Source: a virus
DNA: 64,000 nt
Direction: 5' to 3' (one strand)
Virus record (IMG/VR): IMGVR_UViG_3300037851_000452
Span: 32,001-96,000 of that record
The notes beneath the pieces were generated by a model, which had not been told where the DNA came from, made no database searches, and worked only from the letters and a program-made list of their open reading frames with translations. Below are positions 29,866 through 39,083 of the stretch, piece after piece (position 1 is the first letter of the stretch; each line of letters begins with the position of its first letter). The position numbers were made by a program, and so were the translations under genes.

Positions 29866-30558
29866 TTAGCTGGTAATCATCCCAAGAAATCTCTTTTTTA
29901 GGTCTGCTCCAGCAGATAGGTCCTTAATAATGTTCTTGAGGGGATATATCAACGGTTTGCGCTGAACTCTAACCCTGTCCAACCTGTCCAGGTCTGTGGT
30001 GCTCTCGTGCAGGGGGTCGTATCGGATCTCAAACGGAGAGTACTTCAAGTAGATATCCACATCTCCGCCTAGCTGGTGGAACGTATTAACCAAAAGGTCT
30101 GCTAGTTTGGACGGGGTAAGACGTGCCATCTTTTCCCCCACCACGATTGGCATAGACTCCAACTGAGAAGTGCTGCGTCCTTCCTCCTTGGACACTTCAA
30201 TATGCCGACTTTTACCTTCTGGGTCCAAGAACATTTCCCTACCGCAGTGCGGGCAAACAACATGCATGTACCCGAAATTATCAGAAGACATAGGTTTGCC
30301 ACAGTCTTTAAAACCGCACCAATACATCTTCTGATCGCCGCCGCCGTGTAACTTCTTTCCAGACTCCCAGATCAACAGCATCAAAGGGGATGCCACGTGA
30401 GACAAGGTAGACCGATGACGGCTAAAAATAACCTCTATCTTGTACCGGGCAACATAAGGATTAGCAGGCACTCCTAGAGGCTTAGAGAGACGTTCCTTCT
30501 CCGCGGAGGTCAGCACCACCTCGTCTCTAATGCCTGCTGAAACAGGAGTTACGTTCAT
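29866..30558 (-). CDS. Zn-ribbon-containing hypothetical protein
   Basis: CGFKDC...CPHC. Confidence 0.6.
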   Translation of the reverse strand: MNVTPVSAGIRDEVVLTSAEKERLSKPLGVPANPYVARYKIEVIFSRHRSTLSHVASPLMLLIWESGKKLHGGGDQKMYWCGFKDCGKPMSSDNFGYMHVVCPHCGREMFLDPEGKSRHIEVSKEEGRSTSQLESMPIVVGEKMARLTPSKLADLLVNTFHQLGGDVDIYLKYSPFEIRYDPLHESTTDLDRLDRVRVQRKPLIYPLKNIIKDLSAGADLKKRFLGMITS

Positions 30559-30565
30559 GTATCAC

Positions 30566-31078
30566 CTACGACAAAGCAGAAGCGCCTCGACGTCCTGTTT
30601 TAACACCGCCACTCTGCGGAGGTCCTTTACCCACAAGAGGAGCTTCCAGAACCTCAGCCCTAGGAACCGAGCTCTCAAAAGAAGAACAGATGTCCGAGGC
30701 GGCCGTCCTCAGATCACTGGACGCGAAGGAGATCACCCAGGCGTACTTGACGGTACCGTATTTGAGCATGAACTGCTTACCAACAAAACCACGGCAGGAG
30801 TCTTGAGAGTTCTCGAGAACCTGAAGGATAGGAGACACCACCGAGCCGACAAAAGACCTCTCTTTGTCCTTTGATACACGCCCCAGGATATGGATCTGAC
30901 CAATGCCAGACTGAACCTCAACAACCTCAAACAATCGAGTGCTAGCCAAACTGCTAGCTACAGCGTTAGCAATTCCCTCCGCATACTCCTCAGGGCTAGT
31001 CTCTGGAGTATCTGCCTCCTCCTCCTTCCGACTGCCTAAACGGGTGTTCAAAAAATCAAAGTCGGGCTCCATAGTCAC
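30566..31078 (-). CDS. Hypothetical protein
   Basis: 170 aa, coupled. Confidence 0.55.
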   Translation of the reverse strand: MTMEPDFDFLNTRLGSRKEEEADTPETSPEEYAEGIANAVASSLASTRLFEVVEVQSGIGQIHILGRVSKDKERSFVGSVVSPILQVLENSQDSCRGFVGKQFMLKYGTVKYAWVISFASSDLRTAASDICSSFESSVPRAEVLEAPLVGKGPPQSGGVKTGRRGASALS

Positions 31079-31341
31079 CTCCTCAACTCAACAACGTTGT
31101 CCGGAACGTCTAGATCACGTAGGTATTTTGAGTAATCCTCAATCAATCCCTCGCACCTAGCTATCGCCAAAACCAAACCATGAACCACAACTTGAGATGC
31201 CGCCCAACTGGAGAAAACGTCTCTTCTCTCTGGAGGCATCTCGTCACATCTAGAAAGAATGATGGACTTAGCCTCCCTAAAGGCAGCTAGGTCCCTCTCT
31301 ACTTCCTGACGTTCACAAATCACGTCGCTACGAGATACCAC
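31075..31341 (-). CDS. Hypothetical protein
   Basis: 88 aa, coupled. Confidence 0.5.
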   Translation of the reverse strand: MVSRSDVICERQEVERDLAAFREAKSIILSRCDEMPPERRDVFSSWAASQVVVHGLVLAIARCEGLIEDYSKYLRDLDVPDNVVELRR

Positions 31342-31669
31342 GTAGAACCTCGTCTAGGGCCTCTTTGTAAAATAGGTCCTCTGCAGCCGCTTCCTTCTCT
31401 AGAACCGACTCCTCTTCCACTATGACCAAATACCTACAAGGAGCACCCCCGTCCCCAGACGACAAATGCTCTCCCAAAGGGTCACCATTACGTCTTGGAA
31501 TAGCGCAGCACGCCCCTACACCACAGGAACAAGAGCCGCTTCTAGACCCGTCCTCAGAAAACTCGTAAGTGCACTCAGGAGGAATGTAGCTATTTACAGT
31601 CGGGTACTCGCTACACATCTTTGGGCGCATGTCGTAAATAGAGCACCGAGCCACAAGCCTAGTTGTCAT
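31328..31669 (-). CDS. Cys-cluster (YkgJ-like) protein
   Basis: CSIYDMRPKMCSEYP plus many Cys. Confidence 0.55.
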   Translation of the reverse strand: MTTRLVARCSIYDMRPKMCSEYPTVNSYIPPECTYEFSEDGSRSGSCSCGVGACCAIPRRNGDPLGEHLSSGDGGAPCRYLVIVEEESVLEKEAAAEDLFYKEALDEVLRGIS

Positions 31670-31850
31670 AACGAATGTCCTGGCTTTTGTAGACTAGCTG
31701 ATACGGAAAACCAACCAGCCTAACCATGTCACTCACAGGAGATGTACTTTTGCCGCTAATGACCTGATAAGCAAGGTTGCTAAAATAGGGAACATCCCTA
31801 TCACCCCTATATCTGAACAGGTCCATTATTGCCTCGGTTACTCTTTTCAT
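31659..31850 (-). CDS. Hypothetical protein
   Basis: ATGA-coupled start MKRVTE. Confidence 0.45.
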   Translation of the reverse strand: MKRVTEAIMDLFRYRGDRDVPYFSNLAYQVISGKSTSPVSDMVRLVGFPYQLVYKSQDIRYDN

Positions 31851-32320
31851 GAGTCCTGGTCCTCTCTCAAAAGAAGAAGAGTCCATTTTATACCGTCCCC
31901 GTCATACCTAATGTCGTCAGACGCCACATACTGTGGTTTCCCCTCGCCTATACGAACGGAGTAAGGAATGCCTCCAAGGTCTTTGATGGCCTCTGGAGGG
32001 ACGTATAGCCTACCCAACGTGTCTACTCTTCCGCAAACGCCTACAACGCACTTGTTCTTCAGGTAGAGCTCTACCGAGACTTCCGAAATAGGGTCCCAGC
32101 AGGTCTCTCTGATAGTACGCATCTCTTGAATAAGGACACGCCTAAGGTCCTCAACGAAATCCTCTACATGGTCCCACCTACTTTCCAGCGTTATCGGGTC
32201 CTCGCCAGCTAGATGTTCGTAGTCCTGCGGGAGGAATTTCCAGGACACTAGCTGCTGAATGGCGTTCTTTGGGACTACCCCAGACTGGATCAGAAGACGG
32301 ACTGCTGGATTCTGACTCAT
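31847..32320 (-). CDS. Hypothetical protein
   Basis: 157 aa; GGAGAGACT-ATG. Confidence 0.55.
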   Translation of the reverse strand: MSQNPAVRLLIQSGVVPKNAIQQLVSWKFLPQDYEHLAGEDPITLESRWDHVEDFVEDLRRVLIQEMRTIRETCWDPISEVSVELYLKNKCVVGVCGRVDTLGRLYVPPEAIKDLGGIPYSVRIGEGKPQYVASDDIRYDGDGIKWTLLLLREDQDS

Positions 32321-32837
32321 AGTCTCTCCGAAGCTCCATAGATGTCTTCACAGAAAACGATATGTCTTCAACGTCAGCATTCTTGTATGAAGACCCGCAC
32401 AGAATCAGGGTGTCGGAAGGCAGAGACTTAACTACCTCCAACGGAACATTAAGAAAATACGTGCGTCCAGAATAAAACTCAGGCTCTAGGGGGCTAGCCC
32501 AGTCCTCAAGGATGCTAGACGGACCTACAACCCAACAAGACGGGAATAGGTTTCTTCGGTAAAGATGCCTGGTCATCTTTGACAACGAAGGAAGTGGCTC
32601 ACCCGAGCACTCCACCATCTCTACCCTGTGAAGAGCTGATTCCAGATCTAGGTCGACCTCGTCGCATTCGGACGGGTCTACTTCTCTAAGGACCTTGATA
32701 GGCAGGTCTACGTCTAGCTCCAACCTACGAACCCTTCCTCTAGACAAAATCTCCCGGACCATAGAGACGATACCCTCTAACGTCCCCGGTAGAGGGTACT
32801 TCTCGGTACGAAGGACCTCTTTAGATTTGTTCGACAT
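32178..32837 (-). CDS. Hypothetical protein
   Basis: 219 aa; tail overlaps the next gene. Confidence 0.55.
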   Translation of the reverse strand: MSNKSKEVLRTEKYPLPGTLEGIVSMVREILSRGRVRRLELDVDLPIKVLREVDPSECDEVDLDLESALHRVEMVECSGEPLPSLSKMTRHLYRRNLFPSCWVVGPSSILEDWASPLEPEFYSGRTYFLNVPLEVVKSLPSDTLILCGSSYKNADVEDISFSVKTSMELRRDYESESSSPSSDPVWGSPKERHSAASVLEIPPAGLRTSSWRGPDNAGK

Positions 32838-33039
32838 CAGAGTCCTTCTTTTGCTCTCTCAGGTCGTAAAGATAATCTGCTACTAGACAGGACAGGGACT
32901 TTCCCCGACTCTCTGCGTACTCATGAGCCCAATCCTTCAAATCCTTACGAAGAAGAAGGTTGAGCCTAGAAGACGGTTGCTTTGCAGAGGACCGAAGTTT
33001 CTTCTTTCCGACCACTTTAGTCTTACGAATGATAAGCAT
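32821..33039 (-). CDS. Ribbon-helix-helix DNA-binding protein
   Basis: RLNLLLRKDLKDWAHEYAESRGKSLSCLVADYL. Confidence 0.65.
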   Translation of the reverse strand: MLIIRKTKVVGKKKLRSSAKQPSSRLNLLLRKDLKDWAHEYAESRGKSLSCLVADYLYDLREQKKDSDVEQI

Positions 33040-33064
33040 CCTTAGCTGTCTCCGACGGTGAAGC

Positions 33065-33397
33065 CTACCCTACCAAGACGCCAAGAATGTCTCCAACGTG
33101 AAGAAGACACCGATCTCGGTCTAGTTGGCTAGGACGGTTTGCGTTCTGAAGATAGGTTCTGAAAACAATCCTATCCCCCTTACGGACCTCATGTTCTTGG
33201 TACTTTTTACCGCTAGCCTTGTACTGCTTTGGAGTAGAAGGAATCCCGTCCCCAGTTTCCAGGACAGTTCCAGTGCTGTGTCCGATCTTCTCAGCCACAC
33301 TGTTGCCGGGGAGGTATAACGACCCTGACATTTCAGGGGATGGGTCAGTCTTAACCAAGATCCAGGGCCCCTTAGGCTTTACACCCACACCCATCAA
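33065..33397 (-). CDS. groES: GroES-like co-chaperonin
   Basis: VKPKGPWILVK...SGSLYLP...GTVLETGDG...VRKGDRIVF...DILGVL. Confidence 0.85.
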   Translation of the reverse strand: MMGVGVKPKGPWILVKTDPSPEMSGSLYLPGNSVAEKIGHSTGTVLETGDGIPSTPKQYKASGKKYQEHEVRKGDRIVFRTYLQNANRPSQLDRDRCLLHVGDILGVLVG

Positions 33398-33666
33398 ATA
33401 GACTCCACAGGGCTAGCGCCCAGCTTCTCTGCCATCGCGTTGTTGAACCACTTAGACGCCGTAGTAGCCACAAAGGACCCGTTGATCCTCTCCTGAAGAA
33501 CAAAGGTCGCCCCACCAGCAACGGGGCGGAAACACAAACGGACCTGGTCTTTGCCCTCACCGTCCACGTAAGAAACAATGTAAGCTTTGACCTCCTCAAA
33601 CTGGTTAATCGTGTTTGGGGCCTTCGATTGATTGTCAAACTTGAACGCGGTAACGACCTGAGACAT
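33394..33666 (-). CDS. Hypothetical protein
   Basis: 90 aa with GAGGAG RBS. Confidence 0.55.
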   Translation of the reverse strand: MSQVVTAFKFDNQSKAPNTINQFEEVKAYIVSYVDGEGKDQVRLCFRPVAGGATFVLQERINGSFVATTASKWFNNAMAEKLGASPVESI

Positions 33667-33667
33667 T

Positions 33668-33940
33668 TCAACTCTCCTCTAAGTTCTTAGGTGGAACACA
33701 ATCACAAACTCGGACCATCACATGGGTATTTTTCGATAGATAGAGTTTTCGGTACTCTACTTTTTTCTGACAGAGAGGGCATGCGTTCTGACTTGGGTAG
33801 TTCAATGGCTGGAGCATCGAAATTGAATTTTGGGAAGACGTCCAGGGCTTCAGTCGAATTACCTCGTCCAGCTTTTTCTCTATACGGACTAGAGCCTGAA
33901 TCATCTCTCGGATCGCCTGACTCCCCGAGCTCTCCATCAA
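33668..33940 (-). CDS. Small Cys-containing protein overlapping 33702..34379
   Basis: GGAGG RBS; CPLC...CDC. Confidence 0.45.
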   Translation of the reverse strand: MMESSGSQAIREMIQALVRIEKKLDEVIRLKPWTSSQNSISMLQPLNYPSQNACPLCQKKVEYRKLYLSKNTHVMVRVCDCVPPKNLEES

Positions 33941-34379
33941 CTACCTCCAAACAAGAGGGACCTGGCTTTTCTATATAGAAACAGCAGGCCCCTTTTGCAG
34001 ATGTCTCAAAATGGAGGCAGGTACCATCCTCCATAACCAAACGTCTAAGTATGACCCTTTCGGGGGTACCTGTATTAAAAGCATCAACCCTGGATATCCG
34101 CTTCTTAGTCAACGTTTCAACGAAATCCTTCAGGGATGCTGCATTGCCTTCAGGAGATCCAAATCCCAGGACCGCCCTAAAAAAATTTGATACCGGAACC
34201 TCTTGGCTTCTAAAAAGTCCAGAAGGAAGAGTTACGGACACAGAAAGTTTGCCGGTGCACTTTGGCCTAGGGCACATCGGGTTGGTGCCCGCTACCATAG
34301 TCAAACCACCCAGCTCAGACACGTCCCCCACCACCTTCCAAACTGTTCGGCACGACTCGCACACGTAAAGAGACATCAT
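33702..34379 (-). CDS. Zn-finger-containing hypothetical protein
   Basis: CESC...CPRPKC. Confidence 0.55.
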   Translation of the reverse strand: MMSLYVCESCRTVWKVVGDVSELGGLTMVAGTNPMCPRPKCTGKLSVSVTLPSGLFRSQEVPVSNFFRAVLGFGSPEGNAASLKDFVETLTKKRISRVDAFNTGTPERVILRRLVMEDGTCLHFETSAKGACCFYIEKPGPSCLEVVDGELGESGDPRDDSGSSPYREKAGRGNSTEALDVFPKFNFDAPAIELPKSERMPSLSEKSRVPKTLSIEKYPCDGPSL

Positions 34380-34720
34380 AGGGAAGAAACCCCAGTCAGC
34401 TCGTCATCATAAGAAGAGCCAGGACCAGAAGGCACCAAAGAAAGATTAGAGGTGGGCCTGGCCCGGGTCTTTTCAGTCTCAGTTTCCTGACCCTCGGTAA
34501 TGACCCGGACATTAGGTACCTCGGTAGTGCTTGATTTGTCACAGCTTTTCTCCACGTCTTCGCAAACAATGGTGGCAAGCCGATCCACGTCTTCTGACGA
34601 CACCGGGATAAAGACTTCCGATTGCCCGTTGCTGATAACGATACCGTTAGAGATGTGCTCTCCCGTCAGCAGGTTAACTCCGCCCTCGAATACCTTTGTG
34701 ACAAACAACCGCTTCAACAT
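34376..34720 (-). CDS. Hypothetical protein
   Basis: 114 aa, coupled. Confidence 0.55.
   Translation of the reverse strand: MLKRLFVTKVFEGGVNLLTGEHISNGIVISNGQSEVFIPVSSEDVDRLATIVCEDVEKSCDKSSTTEVPNVRVITEGQETETEKTRARPTSNLSLVPSGPGSSYDDELTGVSSL
34498..34514. repeat. 17-bp site (copy 3)
   Basis: Exact copy, intragenic. Confidence 0.85.
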
Positions 34721-35154
34721 CAGATTCTCCGGTGTTCTGAAGACCGCCTTAGCTCCTCAGCGCGCTTAACCTGCTCTGCCCCGCGCCTAATAGCTGAAAC
34801 CATCTTCTTGTTGTCAGAGGGCCTCCAGAGAGGGCGAACCTTTAGTATCTTGCTCATCCAGTCCTTCAGCAGCTTCTTGTCTCTATCGGACGACTTTTCC
34901 CGCTCCTTCTTCAAGAACGGGAACAACAGATTCCGATAACCATCCATAGCTTCTTGTAACATCTTTCCCCCGCCGTCAATCTTGTCGGCCACAGAAGCTA
35001 GGATTATCGCCTTGGTTTTAAAGTACTCCGCTTCATGTTTCTTCTGAGCAAGGTACGTGAATACGGACCCCAAAAGGCTCCCTATCGGCGGAGGCTCGGA
35101 TGTTAGCTCGTATAGCATATTCGCCTGCGCCCAGCCTCCTGGGGTCTCTAACCA
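34720..35154 (-). CDS. Frameshift-extension ORF of the tail assembly chaperone (gpT-like)
   Basis: Frame is open from the A AAA AAT slippery site (KWLETPGGWAQANMLYEL...) into track ORF 34720..35118. Confidence 0.55.
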   Translation of the reverse strand, partial: WLETPGGWAQANMLYELTSEPPPIGSLLGSVFTYLAQKKHEAEYFKTKAIILASVADKIDGGGKMLQEAMDGYRNLLFPFLKKEREKSSDRDKKLLKDWMSKILKVRPLWRPSDNKKMVSAIRRGAEQVKRAEELRRSSEHRRI

Positions 35155-36095
35155 TTTTTTAAGTTTTCCAGACTGAAGAGCTTGCTTACGCGCTCATCAA
35201 ACCATACCGCCTGCACGGACATATCCGCGATCATCTGAGTCGGAAAACTAGCTACGTGAAACATCTTCTTCAAGAACAAGTCCTTGTCCACTTGTTCCCT
35301 AGATGTACCAACGTCTTTTCTGTGCTCTGGAAGAAGGGCTCCGTTAATCGCCACCAGGGAGCAAACCAGCTTGCAGGTGTTCAGTAGCTCATTGACGTAA
35401 AGAGCTGACCCCGGAAACTCATAGATGTATCGAAGGCAGAACAGATGCTCGTGCTGATTGAATGTCCTAAAAGTGTAGTTCAACTTGGACTGGACAATTT
35501 CAACGGTCTGTTGAATCTCCCTCCTGGTGACCATGTCTGCCAAGTCGAGAGGAGCAAGTGTCTTCTCAATAGCCTCTCTTCGTTTCTTCGATACCAAAAA
35601 CTCCCGGTGCGAGGAGATAGACGCAAAGTCAAACTCCGGAACTGACGTGGCCTCCTCAGCTACCCTCTCCATCTCCTCTTCCGTAGGGTCTTCAAAAGAC
35701 GGGTTCATCCCCGCCCCCTCCTCCTTATTGGCCGCCTTTACCGCCTCTAGAGCCTTAATGGTTTCAGCGGAAAGTTTACCGGCCTCCTTCTTGGGAGTCT
35801 CTACCTCAGGCTCTTTATGGAAGTACGAGGACCCAGAAGTCGTACGCTCCTGAGGAGGGTCCTCAAATGAAGGAGAAGGAATAGAGCCCATCTCAGAAAT
35901 CCTCTTCATCTTTTCCGGATCTAGAGGAGGAGCCCATCCAACAGGAGCTCCCGCATTCTTAACTGCGTCCATCTGAGATTTCTTTTCCTTAATACGCTCG
36001 CTGTACCCAGCGGCAGTATAAATCTCCTCTGCAGAAGGAGTGAAAGAAACCTCTCCCCGACCGCTACCCGAGCTTTTTTGGGCCAACCTGCTCAC
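35148..36095 (-). CDS. Putative tail assembly chaperone (gpG-like)
   Basis: Ends ...ENLKNG* on a slippery heptamer; 315 aa. Confidence 0.55.
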   Translation of the reverse strand: MSRLAQKSSGSGRGEVSFTPSAEEIYTAAGYSERIKEKKSQMDAVKNAGAPVGWAPPLDPEKMKRISEMGSIPSPSFEDPPQERTTSGSSYFHKEPEVETPKKEAGKLSAETIKALEAVKAANKEEGAGMNPSFEDPTEEEMERVAEEATSVPEFDFASISSHREFLVSKKRREAIEKTLAPLDLADMVTRREIQQTVEIVQSKLNYTFRTFNQHEHLFCLRYIYEFPGSALYVNELLNTCKLVCSLVAINGALLPEHRKDVGTSREQVDKDLFLKKMFHVASFPTQMIADMSVQAVWFDERVSKLFSLENLKNG

Positions 36096-36387
36096 TGCTT
36101 ACGTCTCCTGTAGAGGGCTCAAAGGCCATGTTCCAATCCGGTTCTACCAAAGTCATCTTACTCATTCCGCGAACGGGGGTCGGCAAAGCTGTTCCAGAAA
36201 GAGGGGAACTCGAAATAGGCCACCACCGCTTGCACGGGTTACAAAACACGTGAATACCTGTTTGGTTAGATATTACCTGACCCTCCTGCCCACACTTGTC
36301 GCAGAAGCGTACCGCTTCCCTCCTCTCAGAAGAGTCGGCCTTCTTTGTTGTAGGAAGGCCCTTAATCGGAGGCAACCCCATAACCAA
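36064..36387 (-). CDS. Zn-ribbon protein
   Basis: CDKC...CNPC. Confidence 0.55.
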   Translation of the reverse strand: MVMGLPPIKGLPTTKKADSSERREAVRFCDKCGQEGQVISNQTGIHVFCNPCKRWWPISSSPLSGTALPTPVRGMSKMTLVEPDWNMAFEPSTGDVSSEQVGPKKLG

Positions 36388-36439
36388 ACTCCTCTAGCAT
36401 AAGTATAGAAAACGAAGTACGCATTATTTATGTATGGTG

Positions 36440-36652
36440 TCAAGGTTTGTCCTGTTGCTCCAGAGCACCATCCCTTCTAAAAGCCAGACCGCAGCATAAA
36501 CAAACGTAAACTCCGTCTGACTTCTTGTTGAAAAGCTCGTGCTCTCTATTAAGACAAGCAGGGCACTCAACTACCTCTCCAGTCTTACGGCACCAGTAAC
36601 AGCCAGCACCAAGGCACCTAGAGCATTGATTTACCAAAGGTTTGTTTCTCAT
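36440..36652 (-). CDS. Cys-rich Zn-finger protein
   Basis: CSRCLGAGCYWC...CPAC...CLCC. Confidence 0.55.
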   Translation of the reverse strand: MRNKPLVNQCSRCLGAGCYWCRKTGEVVECPACLNREHELFNKKSDGVYVCLCCGLAFRRDGALEQQDKP

Positions 36653-36653
36653 C

Positions 36654-36670
36654 TAATGACCCGGACATTA
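36654..36670. repeat. 17-bp site (copy 4)
   Basis: Exact copy, intergenic. Confidence 0.85.
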
Positions 36671-36703
36671 GCTAAAAGAAAAGGGCCACAGCCCTTTTCT
36701 AAG

Positions 36704-37723
36704 TTACCGAACAAAAGACCGCACCTCTTTAAGAACCGCTACGCCTATAGAACTGTTCTTCAGAACCCTAGCTGTCTCTCCCTCTCCTTGAGCCAAAATC
36801 TCACCGCCATACCGATACCAGGAACCCTCCTTTCGCAATACCCCCGCGGAGGTTGCCACCCTTACCAAGTCTTTCCAACGGTCTATCCCATGCCCTTTTA
36901 CGAACGGAACGGTCACGATCCTTCCAGGCCGGGACAAGGTGTTGGATACGATGTTGATATTTAGGTCGTACAACGAATCTGATAAAGACGACCTAGATAG
37001 CTCCATTCTCGTATCAAACATCCCAGCTATCTTTCTAGCTACGGAGTCAGATCCACCAGCAAAGAACCTAGACGGATCAATAGACCTTTTGGCTCGGACC
37101 TGATTCACCATCACAACACACTTATCTAACCCTATGTCCGGCATTAAATGTGACATCCAGTGGTAGATCATATTTCTCCACCCCGATCCGTTGTCTTCCT
37201 TAGGCCTAAGACCGGTAGCAGAGTCCACTACCAAAACGTCTATGTCCCCCGTCGAATATAAAATTCCGGCGTGCTCTAAAACAGACTCACCACAGCCAGA
37301 CCGCATAACCGCTAATGAAGAGGTATCCACCCCAACTTTCTCCAAGTAAGGCTCATCCAAGAACTCGCCACAAAGAAGCACTGTCCTAAGAGACGATTCC
37401 TGCGCTTGCCTAATTATTGAATAGGCCAACGCGGTCTTTCCAACAGACTCTTCCCCAAATATTTCTATGAAACCCGCCGGCAGTCCTCCACCAAGAGATA
37501 TGTCCAGGCTGGCTATGCCTGTAGATATTGATATCGCAGGTACTATCTTTGAAATATATGGAGCGGACAACTCTACGGTAGTCTTATTGTAACTAGATCT
37601 ATGCTTTTCAAGGTGTGAATCCAGCTCATCCGCCCTACTGGGCTTGCTACGATGCTTCTGTAAAAGGGATTCAAAGCGGGTAACGTCGGACATAAACAAC
37701 TCCTCCATACTCCTTATGCCCAA
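36704..37723 (-). CDS. recA: RecA-family recombinase (divergent)
   Basis: ISTGIASLDISLGGGLP, Walker A GEESVGKT, LVVDS, NQVR, GSWY. Confidence 0.9.
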   Translation of the reverse strand: MGIRSMEELFMSDVTRFESLLQKHRSKPSRADELDSHLEKHRSSYNKTTVELSAPYISKIVPAISISTGIASLDISLGGGLPAGFIEIFGEESVGKTALAYSIIRQAQESSLRTVLLCGEFLDEPYLEKVGVDTSSLAVMRSGCGESVLEHAGILYSTGDIDVLVVDSATGLRPKEDNGSGWRNMIYHWMSHLMPDIGLDKCVVMVNQVRAKRSIDPSRFFAGGSDSVARKIAGMFDTRMELSRSSLSDSLYDLNINIVSNTLSRPGRIVTVPFVKGHGIDRWKDLVRVATSAGVLRKEGSWYRYGGEILAQGEGETARVLKNSSIGVAVLKEVRSFVR

Positions 37724-37786
37724 ACCCAGACATACTTTTTATTAGTAGTGGTCAAACTAGGTCCCGATAAACTATACCGTCTATTT

Positions 37787-37800
37787 GGTATAAGTATTGT
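37787..37800 (+). promoter_or_regulatory. Phage promoter-like motif GGTATAAGTATTGT
   Basis: Recurs upstream of plus-strand units; followed by hairpin 37827-37866. Confidence 0.6.
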
Positions 37801-37938
37801 GTGGAGAAAAAATTTCCTCCTGGGCAGGGCGGGGCGGTTGAGGTGAATACCTTGGGCGCCCCGCCCAAAATTTAGCCCCCTTAAAGTTGAAAGAACGCAC
37901 GATCGGTACTATCCACGTCGCTAGAAAGGAAACAGCCA

Positions 37939-38208
37939 ATGAGCAGCACAGACGTCATGCAAAAGCTATCCTCTGAGACCTTTACCGTAGGAAAGCACGG
38001 GTTCGTACGTATCGTAGATTGGATGGGGTATGACTCCTCCATCGTACAAGCCGCTAGGGTTTCTTATGGGGCAGGCACAAAAACAGTGAGAGAGGACAAA
38101 GAGCTAATAAGGTACCTGATGCGAAAGGGGCATACCAGCCCGTTTGAGCACTGCGAGATCAAGCTTCACGTTCGCGTTCCAATGGATGTTTGGCGGCAGT
38201 GGATCCGT
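37939..38208 (+). CDS. thyX: Flavin-dependent thymidylate synthase, exon 1
   Basis: HGFVRIVD, IVQAARVSY, GHTSPFEH, PMDVWRQWIR. Confidence 0.92.
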
Positions 38209-39083
38209 TAAATCAGGCACCCAGAAAGTCTTACTAGGGGCTATACATGCTTGTAGGTACAACTACACTAGGTGGGGTTTCAATAAAAAGGTTAACTCGT
38301 GGAAGTCAGCAGAAGGTACTTCTACGGTGTGACCAGTGCGGTAAAGAAACGATCACCTGGTGGGGTAACTACATCCAATATCAAGAAAAGACACAGCGAA
38401 ACGGAAAGACATATTGTCAATCATGCGCTACCAAAATAGGTGGGGTAAAGAGAAAAGGCCGTAAGGCTCCCCACACAGCTAAAAGAAACAGTTCTCAGGT
38501 TGGAAAGAATCACCCCTCGTGGAGAGGCGGTCAGTACGTTGACGCAAACGGCTACCGTATGGTCAATGTACGCTCCGGACGTAGAAAATCAGGATGGGGA
38601 AACTACAAAAAAGAACACATACTTGTGGTTGAACGTAACATCGGAAGAAAGATCCTTAAGAGCGAGCTTGTTCACCACGTTGACGGGGTCAAGCTAAACA
38701 ACCACATATCCAACCTGTTTTTAACGGATTCTTCTGGGCATAGAAACGCGCATGTGTCTCTTCAAGATATTGGCTACGAGCTAGTTCGTAGCAAGCTAGT
38801 AAAGTTCAGTAAGAAAACTGGGAAGTATTCTGTGGCGGATGTAAAACTCCGTGAACTGCTGGGACACCCTAAGATGCCTTCTGGGATCGGGCAATCAGCA
38901 GCCAAGCTTTTCAGGAATGAAAAGAAGGTTCAACGACTAGGTCATGGAGCCCCAATGCCAAAAAAAGGTAATGGGCGGTAAAGACCCACGAGCGCGGAGC
39001 ACGGGTAAACCGTGATGATATAGTCTGAGCTTTATGGAAACATAAAGAACACGGGGATAAAGAGCCCCATGGGTAACAAGATG
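38209..39083 (+). mobile_element. Group I intron in thyX (boundaries inferred)
   Basis: Core elements: P AACTGCTGGGA (38854), Q AATCAGCAG (38893), R GTTCAACGACTA (38928), S GATATAGTCT (39017), P9 CTTTATG-GAAA-CATAAAG; U before and G at the end of the intron keep the frame. Confidence 0.85.
38247..38981 (+). CDS. Intron-encoded HNH homing endonuclease
   Basis: EHILV...VHHVDGVKLNNHISNL; CDQC/CQSC; GKNHPSWRGG; 3' end reads into the ribozyme core. Confidence 0.85.
   Translation: MLVGTTTLGGVSIKRLTRGSQQKVLLRCDQCGKETITWWGNYIQYQEKTQRNGKTYCQSCATKIGGVKRKGRKAPHTAKRNSSQVGKNHPSWRGGQYVDANGYRMVNVRSGRRKSGWGNYKKEHILVVERNIGRKILKSELVHHVDGVKLNNHISNLFLTDSSGHRNAHVSLQDIGYELVRSKLVKFSKKTGKYSVADVKLRELLGHPKMPSGIGQSAAKLFRNEKKVQRLGHGAPMPKKGNGR

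Noticed and set aside
39069-39083. ATG starts for an independent second ThyX ORF
   Set aside because: These bases are the intron 3' end; the downstream sequence is exon 2
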